From an uncultured Planctomycetota bacterium (GTDB taxonomy: Bacteria > Planctomycetota > DG-23 > DATKVD01 > CAZVTD01): a stretch of DNA of 54,541 nt. The translations under genes and the position numbers were made by a program. A model generated the notes under the pieces. The model was given only the letters and a program-made list of their open reading frames with translations. It was not told where the DNA came from and did not search any database. Location of the stretch: the NCBI GenBank assembly GCA_964629945.1, contig CAZVTD010000002.1:1-54541 (forward strand). Direction: 5' to 3'. How positions within the stretch are numbered: the stretch's first letter is position 1; every line of letters starts with the position of its first letter. Positions 34,258 to 43,088 of this stretch are shown here, piece after piece.

Positions 34258-36287
34258 GGGGACGTCGAGAAAAGGACGCAGGCGTCATGGGCGCGACCCG
34301 GTTTGTAGAGACCATCAAAGAGCGCTGCAGGATGTGCTACACGTGCGTGCGCGAGTGCCCTGCCAAGGCGATCCGGATTGTTGAGGGACAGGCCGAGGTG
34401 ATGGGGGAGCGGTGCATCGCCTGTGGAAACTGTGTGCGGGTCTGTTCCCAGAAGGCCAAGCAGGTCGTGCACTCGGTGAAGGAGGTGGAGGACCTTCTTG
34501 CGGGGGACGTCGACGTCGCGGCCATCCTGGCACCGAGCTTCCCGGCGGAGTTTGCCGAATGCGACTACGAACGGGTCGTCGGGATGCTCCGGGCGCTGGG
34601 GTTCACCTACGTTAACGAAGTGGCCTTCGGTGCAGACCTGGTGGCCGACTGGTACCGACGCACGCTGCAGAACGGGGATTCCTCCCGTCAGATCGCAACG
34701 GCTTGTCCGGCGGTCGTGGCCTACGTGGAGAAGCACCAGCCGGACCTGATCAAGAGTCTGGCCCCGGTCGTTTCGCCCATGATCGCGACGGCACGAGCCC
34801 TGCGACAGATCCACGGACCGGCACTCCGGGTGGTCTTCATCGGTCCCTGCGTGGCCAAGAAGGCGGAGATGCAAAGCTCTCCCGTTTCCGGAGAGGTCGA
34901 CGCCGTCCTGACCGTCGTCACCCTGCGCGAGATGCTGAAGGCACATGATCTCACCCCGGAAAGTGTATCGCCCAGTGATTTCGACGAGCCTCGGGGAGGG
35001 TTGGGCGCCCTCTTCCCCATCAGCCGGGGAATGCTGCAAGCCGCGGGACTCAACGAGAACCTCATGAACGGGGAGGTCGTCACCACGGAGGGTCGGACGA
35101 ACTTCGTGGAAGCCCTGGAGGAATTCCCCCGTGGCGACGTTCGGACCCGGCTGCTCGAAGTCCTGGCCTGTCAGGGATGCATTCTCGGTCCGGGCATGAG
35201 CCACCGGACGCCCCTGTTTTCGGCACGGGCCCGCGTCGCACACTACGTGACGGAACGGACCAAACGACAGGACCTGGAAGCCTGGCGCAAGCAGGTGGAG
35301 AGCTTCAGGAACCTGGACCTCGCCCGCACGTACGAGGCGAGTGATCAGCGAATCTGGCCCCCAGAGGAGCACGAGATCCAGCAGATCCTCATCAACATGG
35401 GGAAGAAGTCCATCCAGGATGAGCTGAACTGCGGGGCATGCGGATACGACACCTGTCGCGAGCACGCCGTGGCGATCCACCGGGGACTGGCCGAGAGCGA
35501 GATGTGTCTGCCTTACACCATCGACCAGCTTCGCAAGACGATCCAGGACCTTGCGGTCACAAACGATCGTCTGGCGAATACCCAGGCGGCACTGATCCAG
35601 TCCGAGAAACTGGCCAGCATGGGACAACTGGCCGCCGGGATCGCCCACGAGGTAAACAACCCCCTGGGTGTCGTCCTCATGTATGCCCATCTCCTTCAGG
35701 ACGAACACGGGAAGGATCCCACGATGGCGGCCGACCTCGACATGGTTGTCCGTCAGGCGGACCGCTGTCGCAAGATCGTCGCCGGACTGCTTCATTTCGC
35801 CCGTCAGAACAAGGTGGTCAGGGAGCCGACGGACGTTCGGAAGCTGGTGGAGGAGACCCTCCGTGCCTTGAGTCCACCCGACAACGTCCAGGTGGTCATC
35901 GACTGTCAGATGAAGGACCCGATCGCTGAGCTGGACCATGACCAGACCTGTCAGATGCTGACCAACCTGATCACCAACGCCTACGCGGCCATGAGCGATC
36001 GGAACGGGACCCTCACGGTGCTCATCGAAGAGAAGGGAGATGACGTGCTGTTTTCGGTCATCGACACCGGTGTGGGGATCAAGCCGGAGCACATGTCGAA
36101 GATCTTCGAGCCGTTCTTCACCACCAAGCAAATCGGCAAAGGCACCGGACTGGGACTGGCGATAACGTACGGGATCGTTAAGATGCACCGTGGGGATATT
36201 TCGGTGAAATCCAATGCGGACCCTGCCAAGGGGCCGACGGGCACAACATTTACCGTGAGGCTGCCCCGCAAGGGGCAGGAGGATTGA
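34254..36287 (+). CDS. [FeFe]-hydrogenase-like sensory domain fused to a histidine kinase (HydS-like, kinase-linked)
   Basis: Two ferredoxin motifs (CRMCYTCVRECP, CIACGNCVRVC). H-domain-like motifs ATACPAVV, GPCVAKKAE, LACQGCILGPG. CGACGYDTC-N16-C motif. Then a coiled linker and the kinase boxes GIAHEVNNPLG (H), LTNLITNAYAAM (N), DTGVGI, GKGTGLGLAI. Alternative start ATG 34287. Confidence 0.85.
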   Translation: MRGRREKDAGVMGATRFVETIKERCRMCYTCVRECPAKAIRIVEGQAEVMGERCIACGNCVRVCSQKAKQVVHSVKEVEDLLAGDVDVAAILAPSFPAEFAECDYERVVGMLRALGFTYVNEVAFGADLVADWYRRTLQNGDSSRQIATACPAVVAYVEKHQPDLIKSLAPVVSPMIATARALRQIHGPALRVVFIGPCVAKKAEMQSSPVSGEVDAVLTVVTLREMLKAHDLTPESVSPSDFDEPRGGLGALFPISRGMLQAAGLNENLMNGEVVTTEGRTNFVEALEEFPRGDVRTRLLEVLACQGCILGPGMSHRTPLFSARARVAHYVTERTKRQDLEAWRKQVESFRNLDLARTYEASDQRIWPPEEHEIQQILINMGKKSIQDELNCGACGYDTCREHAVAIHRGLAESEMCLPYTIDQLRKTIQDLAVTNDRLANTQAALIQSEKLASMGQLAAGIAHEVNNPLGVVLMYAHLLQDEHGKDPTMAADLDMVVRQADRCRKIVAGLLHFARQNKVVREPTDVRKLVEETLRALSPPDNVQVVIDCQMKDPIAELDHDQTCQMLTNLITNAYAAMSDRNGTLTVLIEEKGDDVLFSVIDTGVGIKPEHMSKIFEPFFTTKQIGKGTGLGLAITYGIVKMHRGDISVKSNADPAKGPTGTTFTVRLPRKGQED

Positions 36288-36311
36288 GGTCCGGACCCAA
36301 GGAGGCCTGTC

Positions 36312-36689
36312 ATGGCAAAGGTATTGCTGGTGGATGACGACGAGGACCTGGTGACGATGAACAGGAAAGTCCTGGAAGCACGGGGACACCAGGTGCTGAG
36401 CGCCTTCTCGGGAAAGGAAGCGCGTGAGGTTCTGAAGAAAGAAGCCCCGGACGTGGCGGTCCTGGACGTGATGATGGAGTCGCTCAGCGCGGGTTTTGAA
36501 CTCGCACGAGAGATGAATCGAACCCACCCGAAAATGCCGATACTGATGTTGTCGGGCATCGAGGAAAAGACGGGTCTCGGTTTCAAGGGGCTCGAGGACG
36601 ACCAGTGGCTCCCCGTTTTCAGGTTCATCGATAAGCCGCTTTCACCCGACAAATTGGCTGAAAAGGTGGAAGAAGTCCTGAAGAAGTGA
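36312..36689 (+). CDS. stand-alone response-regulator receiver (REC) protein, paralogous to 33787-34257
   Basis: KVLLVDDDEDLV...PDVAVLDVMME...ILMLSG...FIDKPLSPDKL. Confidence 0.85.
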   Translation: MAKVLLVDDDEDLVTMNRKVLEARGHQVLSAFSGKEAREVLKKEAPDVAVLDVMMESLSAGFELAREMNRTHPKMPILMLSGIEEKTGLGFKGLEDDQWLPVFRFIDKPLSPDKLAEKVEEVLKK

Positions 36690-36720
36690 GGGGACGAAAC
36701 GCCCAGAGGAGATCAGGGAC

Positions 36721-37887
36721 ATGGAAACTCTACGTGTTCTGGTGGCGGACGACGAGCCGGGGATGCGTATGGGGGCGGCGCGTGCCCTGAAGGATCTCCG
36801 CATGAAATTGCCCGCCATGGAGGAAGAATACGGCCTCAGCATCTCGGAGGCGGCTTCCGGGGAGGAAGCCATGGAGTTCATCCGGAAGAACGGCACGGAC
36901 ATCCTGCTGCTGGACCACAAGATGCCCGGAATCTCGGGACTCGATCTCCTGCGCACGCTTGCCGAAGAGCAATACGACGTCCTCGCGATCATGATCACCG
37001 CCTACGCGTCACTCGACGTGGCCATCTCGGCAACACGTCGCGGCGCGTACGATTTCCTCGCCAAGCCATTCACCCCGGAAGAGTTGAGGGGGACCGTGCG
37101 CAAAGCAGCCAAGCACGTGCTCCTCGAACGCCAGGCCCGCAGGCTTGCCGAGGAAAAGAAACAGGTCCGCTTTCAGTTTCTGTCGGTCCTCGCCCACGAA
37201 CTCAAGGCCCCCCTGGCCGCCCTGGAAGGATATCTCCAGATCCTGGGCAACAAGTCGCTGGGCAACGATCCGGCGGCGTATGAAGGGATGATCGACCGGT
37301 GTCTCGTGCGCTCCGAGCACATGCGCAAGCTCATCACCGACCTGCTCGACCTCACACGGATCGAGTCCGGTCAGAAACGCAGGACGCTGAGCATGGTTGA
37401 CGTTGCCGAAATCGCTCGCCTGGCGCTGGAGACGGCGGGACCCCAGGCGGCGGAGCGCCAGATCAACCTCAAGCTGGAGTCGGCCGGTCCCGTGACGATG
37501 CAGGCCGATGCGGGCGAAATCGAGGTCATTCTCAACAATCTCGTCTCCAATGCGGTAAAATATAATAGGCAGGAAGGCAAGGTCACGGTCACGCTGGATC
37601 GGGAGGCTGATAGGGTCAGGATCGCGGTGTCCGACACCGGCATCGGTATCCGTCCGGAGGACCGCGAAAAACTGTTCACGGAGTTTTTCAGGGTGAAAAG
37701 CGAACAGACGCGTTCGATCTTGGGAAGCGGTCTGGGTTTGTCGATCGTGCGGAAGCTGGCAATGCTGTATGGCGGCGAGGCGACCGTGGAAAGCGAGCCG
37801 GGGAAAGGCTCGACGTTCACCGTCACGCTGCGAGATGAGCCGCCCGGGGGGGCCAATGAAGCACCAAGGACCCGGGAGGTGAATTGA
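36721..37887 (+). CDS. hybrid receiver-histidine kinase (N-terminal REC + HisKA + HATPase_c)
   Basis: LRVLVADDEPGM...DILLLDHKMPGISG...FLAKPF; H-box FLSVLAHELKAPLAAL; N/G boxes LNNLVSNAVKYN, DTGIGI, GSGLGLSIV. Confidence 0.88.
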   Translation: METLRVLVADDEPGMRMGAARALKDLRMKLPAMEEEYGLSISEAASGEEAMEFIRKNGTDILLLDHKMPGISGLDLLRTLAEEQYDVLAIMITAYASLDVAISATRRGAYDFLAKPFTPEELRGTVRKAAKHVLLERQARRLAEEKKQVRFQFLSVLAHELKAPLAALEGYLQILGNKSLGNDPAAYEGMIDRCLVRSEHMRKLITDLLDLTRIESGQKRRTLSMVDVAEIARLALETAGPQAAERQINLKLESAGPVTMQADAGEIEVILNNLVSNAVKYNRQEGKVTVTLDREADRVRIAVSDTGIGIRPEDREKLFTEFFRVKSEQTRSILGSGLGLSIVRKLAMLYGGEATVESEPGKGSTFTVTLRDEPPGGANEAPRTREVN

Positions 37888-37888
37888 A

Positions 37889-38944
37889 GTGGCTGGTCTG
37901 AGTCGTGCGGAGGTGCTGAAATGGCTGTGCACGGAGGACGAGGAGGCGCTGTGCGAACTCCGTGAGCGTGCCGATGCGGAGCGTCGGCGACGGGTCGGGG
38001 ACCAGGTCCACCTGCGGGGACTCATCGAGATATCCAACCACTGCGTGCGAAGCTGTCATTACTGTGGTCTGCGCGGACCGAACCACGGGCTGAAACGGTA
38101 CCGTCTCACCCGGGAACAGGTGCTCCAGAGCGCCCGGCTGGCGTTGAGCCTGGGTTATGGAACGGTGGTGATCCAGTCCGGAGAGGACCCGGGTCTCACG
38201 AGCGACTGGGTGACGGAACTGATCGAAACCATCCGTCGACAGACCCGGCTTGCGGTAACACTCAGCCTAGGAGAGCGTTCGGACGAGGAGTTGGCCGCGT
38301 GGCGATACGCGGGAGCCGACCGTTATCTCCTGCGCTTCGAGACGTCCAGGCGGGATCTCTACGAACGCATTCATCCGCCTCTCGCGTCGACACCCAGTGA
38401 TCGCATCCGCCTGCTGAGACGGCTTCGGGAGCTGGGCTACGAGATGGGCACGGGAATGATGATCGGAATCCCGGGGCAAACCCTCGAAGACCTGACCGAT
38501 GACATCATGCTGCTGGCCGAACTCGACCCGGACATGATCGGTCTGGGGCCGTTCGTTCCTCATCCGGATACGCCGCTGGGCAAGGTGGTCCCGGTCACTT
38601 CCGGACAGGCTCCCAATTCGGAAAACATGGTTCTCAAGGTACTGGCTTTGGTGAGGCTGGTCTGTCCGATGTCGAACATCCCGGCGACAACGGCACTGGC
38701 CTCGATCGACCCCGAAGGGGGATATGAAGCCGGGCTGCGTTGGGGCGCAAATGTGATCATGCCCAACGTCAGTCCGGCCGAGGTGCGCAAGTTCTATCAG
38801 ATTTACCCGGGAAAGGTGTGTGTCACGGAGACCATCGAGTTTCATGAGCGCCTGGTCCGTCGGATTCAGGAGATGGGACGCAGCGTGGGTGTCGGACGGG
38901 GCGACTCGGCGGCCTACCTGGCGCGACAGAAGGGAGCGGTGTAG
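37889..38944 (+). CDS. hydE: [FeFe] hydrogenase H-cluster radical SAM maturase HydE
   Basis: LIEISNHCVRSCHYCGLRGPN is a CX3CX2C motif in HydE/BioB-like context. Length is 351 aa. GTG start lies 1 nt after the upstream stop. Confidence 0.85.
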   Translation: MAGLSRAEVLKWLCTEDEEALCELRERADAERRRRVGDQVHLRGLIEISNHCVRSCHYCGLRGPNHGLKRYRLTREQVLQSARLALSLGYGTVVIQSGEDPGLTSDWVTELIETIRRQTRLAVTLSLGERSDEELAAWRYAGADRYLLRFETSRRDLYERIHPPLASTPSDRIRLLRRLRELGYEMGTGMMIGIPGQTLEDLTDDIMLLAELDPDMIGLGPFVPHPDTPLGKVVPVTSGQAPNSENMVLKVLALVRLVCPMSNIPATTALASIDPEGGYEAGLRWGANVIMPNVSPAEVRKFYQIYPGKVCVTETIEFHERLVRRIQEMGRSVGVGRGDSAAYLARQKGAV

Positions 38945-38946
38945 AG

Positions 38947-40371
38947 ATGACTGACCTGGCCCAGATGACGTTGAGTCGCGGGGCGGTGGATTTTATCAAC
39001 GATGATGAGCTGACGAACCTGCTGGCGCAGCCAAGTCCGCAGCCGGAGCGAGTCCGCGAGGTGATCGCCAAGAGCCTCGCGAAGGAACCCCTGACCGTTG
39101 AGGAGACGGCCGTGCTGCTGCGGGCCGAGGACCCCGAGATGGTGAACGAGATCTTCGAGGCGGCACGCCGACTCAAGCGGGAGGTTTACGGAAACCGGAT
39201 CGTCCTGTTCGCCCCGCTGTATATCGGAAACTACTGCGTGAACGACTGCGCCTACTGCGCGTTCAAGCGCTCGAACCGCGAGGCGGTAAGGCGCACGCTG
39301 ACCCGTGACGAACTGGTCGGACAGGTGGAAGCCCTGGAACGCCAGGGGCACAAACGCCTCATCCTGGTCTTCGGGGAGCATTCGGCCTACAACGCGGATT
39401 TCATCGCGGACTGCGTGCGGACCGTGTATGGCGTGCGTCTCGGACATGGCGAGATCCGGCGGGTGAACATCAACGCGGCCCCACTGGACCACGAGGGATA
39501 CCGCAAGGTCAAAGAGGCCGGGATCGGCACATATCAGGTCTTCCAGGAGACTTATCACCACGCAACCTACGAACGCTATCATCCGGCCGGGACACGCAAG
39601 GGAGATTTCCAGTACCGTCTGGACGCCCTGAGCCGGGCCATGGAGGCCGGCCTCGACGACGTCGGCATCGGAGCGCTGTTCGGACTCTACGACTGGCGTT
39701 TCGAAGTCCTGGGACTGGTCTCTCACGCGCGATATCTCGCCGAACGGTACCACTGCGGACCACACACCATCAGCTTCCCCCGACTGCGTCCGGCGGCAGG
39801 GGTCCGGTTCGACGAAAAATGGTTCGTCCGTGACGAGCACTTCAAACGTGTCATCGCGATTCTGAGACTCGCGGTGCCTTATACGGGACTGATTCTCACG
39901 GCCAGGGAAAACCCCGAGCTTCGACGGGAGGTCATGGCCTTCGGCGTCTCCCAGATCGACGCCGGCAGCCGCATTGAAATTGGCGGCTACACCGAGGCGG
40001 GCGACGCCCAGGTGATGGAGCGTGAGCAGTTCTCGCTCGGGGACATCCGGTCGCTGGACACCGTCATGCGCGAACTGATGGCGGATGGGTACGTCCCCAG
40101 CTTCTGCACGGCGTGCTATCGCCTGGGACGCACCGGTGAGCATTTCATGGAGTTCGCCATCCCGGGGTTCATCCGCAACTTCTGCACACCCAATGCGCTT
40201 TCAACGCTTGAGGAATACCTCGTCGATTATGCCTCTCCGGAGACGCGCAAAACGGGTGAGACGCTCATCGCCCGCGCACTCGATGCGATGGACGAAGGGC
40301 CGGTCAAGACGGAACTGATCGAGCGGCTGAAACGCATCAAAGCAACCGACGACCGCGACCTCTATTTCTGA
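38947..40371 (+). CDS. hydG: [FeFe] hydrogenase H-cluster radical SAM maturase HydG
   Basis: PLYIGNYCVNDCAYCAFKRSN, with a ThiH-like body and the C-terminal Cys motif PSFCTACYRLGRTGEHF. Length is 474 aa. Confidence 0.9.
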   Translation: MTDLAQMTLSRGAVDFINDDELTNLLAQPSPQPERVREVIAKSLAKEPLTVEETAVLLRAEDPEMVNEIFEAARRLKREVYGNRIVLFAPLYIGNYCVNDCAYCAFKRSNREAVRRTLTRDELVGQVEALERQGHKRLILVFGEHSAYNADFIADCVRTVYGVRLGHGEIRRVNINAAPLDHEGYRKVKEAGIGTYQVFQETYHHATYERYHPAGTRKGDFQYRLDALSRAMEAGLDDVGIGALFGLYDWRFEVLGLVSHARYLAERYHCGPHTISFPRLRPAAGVRFDEKWFVRDEHFKRVIAILRLAVPYTGLILTARENPELRREVMAFGVSQIDAGSRIEIGGYTEAGDAQVMEREQFSLGDIRSLDTVMRELMADGYVPSFCTACYRLGRTGEHFMEFAIPGFIRNFCTPNALSTLEEYLVDYASPETRKTGETLIARALDAMDEGPVKTELIERLKRIKATDDRDLYF

Positions 40372-40389
40372 GCCGAACCGGAGACGCAC

Positions 40390-41802
40390 ATGAGCGAATA
40401 CCGCACCGAGAAAGACCTGCTGGGCGAATACCAGGTGCCCGCCAACGCGCTCTTCGGGGTTCACACCGCGCGCGCCATCGAGAACTTCCCTCTGGCCCGA
40501 CGGAAGGTCAACCCGGCCCTGATCCACGCGTACGGACAGGTGAAGCTGGCCTGCACGCGCACCAATCGTGAACTCGGGTTCCTTCAGGACACCATCGCGG
40601 CGGCGTTGGAAAGGGCCTGCGACGAACTTGCCGAGGGACTTCTCGACGAACACATCGTGGTGGATGCCCTCCAGGGAGGCGCCGGAACCTCGACGAACAT
40701 GAACGTCAACGAGGTGCTCGCCAACCGTGCACTCGACATCCTGGGTAAGCCGCGCGGCGACTACGTCACGATCAGTCCCCTCGGTCACGTGAACCTCCAC
40801 CAGTCCACCAACGACACTTACCCGACGGCGCTGAAGGTGGCGGCGATGCGTCGGCTGGACGTCCTGGAGCGGGAGGTCGTCGGACTTCAGGAGGCATTCC
40901 AGAAGAAGGAAAAGGAATTCGCCCACGTGGTGAAGGTAGGCCGAACGCAGCTCCAGGACGCCGTGCTCGTGACACTGGGTCGCGAGATGTCGGCTTACGC
41001 CGAGGCGTTCGCACGTGATCGCTGGCGCGTTTATAAGTGCCGGGAACGCATCCGCGTAATCAACCTCGGCGGAACCGCCGTCGGCACGGGACTGGGTGCG
41101 CCGCGGCGCTATATCTTCCGCGTCATTGAGCAGCTTCGCGAGATCACCGGACTCGGACTCGCACGCGCCGAGAACATGGTCGAAGCCACCCAGAACACCG
41201 ATGCCTTCGTCGAGGTCTCCGGCATCCTCAAGGCCCTGGCTTCGAACCTCCTCAAGGTCGCTACGGATCTCCGCCTCCTCTCCTCGGGACCCGTCGCGGG
41301 ACTGGGCGAACTGCATCTTCCCCCGCGACAGGCCGGCAGTTCCATCATGCCGGGGAAGGTGAACCCCGTGATCCCCGAGGCCGTGTCCCAGGCGGCGCTC
41401 GTCGTCTTCGGAAACGACCAGGCCCTGACCATGGCTTGTTCACTCGGCAACCTCGAACTCAATGCTTTCATGCCGCTGGTGGCCGACGCCCTTCTCGGAA
41501 GCATCGACCTCCTGATTGGAGCCTGTGACATCCTCCGAAGGCTGTGTGTCGAAGAACTCCAGGCCGATGAAGTGCGCTGCCGTGCTGCGGTCGAAACCGC
41601 CACGGCCAGCGTGACGGCGCTGGTGGAGCGGATCGGATACACCCAGGCGCAGGAGGTTGCCAAGTCCGCGGCGGCCCAGGGGAAATCCGTCCGTCAGGTC
41701 GTCCTGGAAAAAGGACTGCTCCGTCCTGAAGAGTTCGACGCACTCATCTCGGCCGAACGCGTCACCCGTCTGGGTTCCCCCGACACGGAGATCAACCGAT
41801 GA
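40390..41802 (+). CDS. aspA: aspartate ammonia-lyase-like protein (class II fumarase/aspartase superfamily)
   Basis: MSEYRTEKDLLGEYQVPANALFGVHTARAIENF... and the superfamily signature GSSIMPGKVNPVIPE. The stop overlaps the hydF start (ATGA). Confidence 0.85.
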   Translation: MSEYRTEKDLLGEYQVPANALFGVHTARAIENFPLARRKVNPALIHAYGQVKLACTRTNRELGFLQDTIAAALERACDELAEGLLDEHIVVDALQGGAGTSTNMNVNEVLANRALDILGKPRGDYVTISPLGHVNLHQSTNDTYPTALKVAAMRRLDVLEREVVGLQEAFQKKEKEFAHVVKVGRTQLQDAVLVTLGREMSAYAEAFARDRWRVYKCRERIRVINLGGTAVGTGLGAPRRYIFRVIEQLREITGLGLARAENMVEATQNTDAFVEVSGILKALASNLLKVATDLRLLSSGPVAGLGELHLPPRQAGSSIMPGKVNPVIPEAVSQAALVVFGNDQALTMACSLGNLELNAFMPLVADALLGSIDLLIGACDILRRLCVEELQADEVRCRAAVETATASVTALVERIGYTQAQEVAKSAAAQGKSVRQVVLEKGLLRPEEFDALISAERVTRLGSPDTEINR

Positions 41803-43046
41803 TCAAGACCCCGAAAGGACTTCGACTGCACATCGCCCTCTTTGGCCGACGGAACGTCGGCAAATCGTCGCTCCTCAATGCGCTCACCCGCCAGGAGGTC
41901 TCCATCGTTTCCGACATCGCGGGAACGACCACCGACCCCGTGGAAAAACCTATGGAGCTTCTGCCCATCGGTCCCGTACTGTTCATCGACACGGCCGGCA
42001 TCGACGACGTGGGTGCTCTCGGTCAGATGCGCGTGCAGCGGACTCGCAAGATTTTCGACCGTGCGGACGTGGGCGTCGTGGTGACCGAAGCCGGGACGTG
42101 GGGAGAGTTCGAGCAGGCCATCCTCGACGAACTGACCCGCCGGAAGATCGCACCCATCGTGGTCTTCAACAAGATCGACCTCGCGCCACCCGACCAGGCA
42201 CTGATCGCGCGGCTGAAGCAGGACAAGATTCCCATGCTGCTGACCTCGGTCCCGAAGGACGGCGAGGTCCGGGGAATGCTCGATTTCCGCGAAGCCCTCA
42301 TCCGGCAGGCCCCCGAAGAGTTCATCAACGCCCCCACCATCCTGGGCGACCTGGTCCGTGCCGGGGAACTGGCCGTGCTCGTGGTTCCCATCGATCTGGA
42401 AGCCCCCAAGGGTCGGCTCATCCTGCCCCAGGTCCAGGCGATCCGGGACGTGCTGGACAACGACGCCTACTGCATGGTCGTGAAAGAGCGGGAGCTGCGC
42501 GACGCGCTCGACGGACTCAAGCGGCCGCCGAAGATCGTCGTCACCGATTCGCAGTCCTTCCTCAAAGTGGCCGGGGACACGCCGCCCGAGATTCCGATGA
42601 CGTCCTTTTCCATCCTCTTCGCGCGTTTCAAAGGCGACTTGAACACCCTGGTTCGGGGCGCACTGGCCATCGAAACCCTGCACCCGGGAGATCGCGTGCT
42701 CGTGGCGGAGGCCTGTTCGCATCACCCCATCGGCGACGACATCGGGCGCGTCAAAATACCACGCTGGCTCACCCAATACATCGGTGGAAAAGTGGAGTTC
42801 ACCACCGTCCAGGGGCACGATTTCCCCGACGATCTCTCCGGATACAAGCTGGTCATCCACTGCGGAGCCTGCATGTGGAATCGTCGCGAGATGCTGACGC
42901 GGATGATGAAATGCCGCGAGGCTGGCGTGCCCATCACGAACTATGGCGTCGCCATCTCCTATCTCCTGGGAATCTTCGAACGAGCGCTCTCGCCCTTCCC
43001 GGGAGCACTCGAAGAACTGGCACGGACACGAAAATCCGGTTCGTGA
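41799..43046 (+). CDS. hydF: [FeFe] hydrogenase H-cluster maturation GTPase HydF
   Basis: P-loop ALFGRRNVGKSSLLNAL, DIAGTTTD, NKIDL. C-terminal cluster Cys residues EACSHHP and IHCGACMWNRREM. Confidence 0.9.
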   Translation: MIKTPKGLRLHIALFGRRNVGKSSLLNALTRQEVSIVSDIAGTTTDPVEKPMELLPIGPVLFIDTAGIDDVGALGQMRVQRTRKIFDRADVGVVVTEAGTWGEFEQAILDELTRRKIAPIVVFNKIDLAPPDQALIARLKQDKIPMLLTSVPKDGEVRGMLDFREALIRQAPEEFINAPTILGDLVRAGELAVLVVPIDLEAPKGRLILPQVQAIRDVLDNDAYCMVVKERELRDALDGLKRPPKIVVTDSQSFLKVAGDTPPEIPMTSFSILFARFKGDLNTLVRGALAIETLHPGDRVLVAEACSHHPIGDDIGRVKIPRWLTQYIGGKVEFTTVQGHDFPDDLSGYKLVIHCGACMWNRREMLTRMMKCREAGVPITNYGVAISYLLGIFERALSPFPGALEELARTRKSGS

Positions 43047-43088
43047 TTGGCCGGTCGCTCCTCTTCATCGACCTGCCGCACGCCATGT

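Noticed and set aside
34242-36527. 761-aa ORF antisense to the sensor kinase and REC gene
   Set aside because: Same reasoning. The sense frame has ferredoxin, H-domain and kinase boxes.
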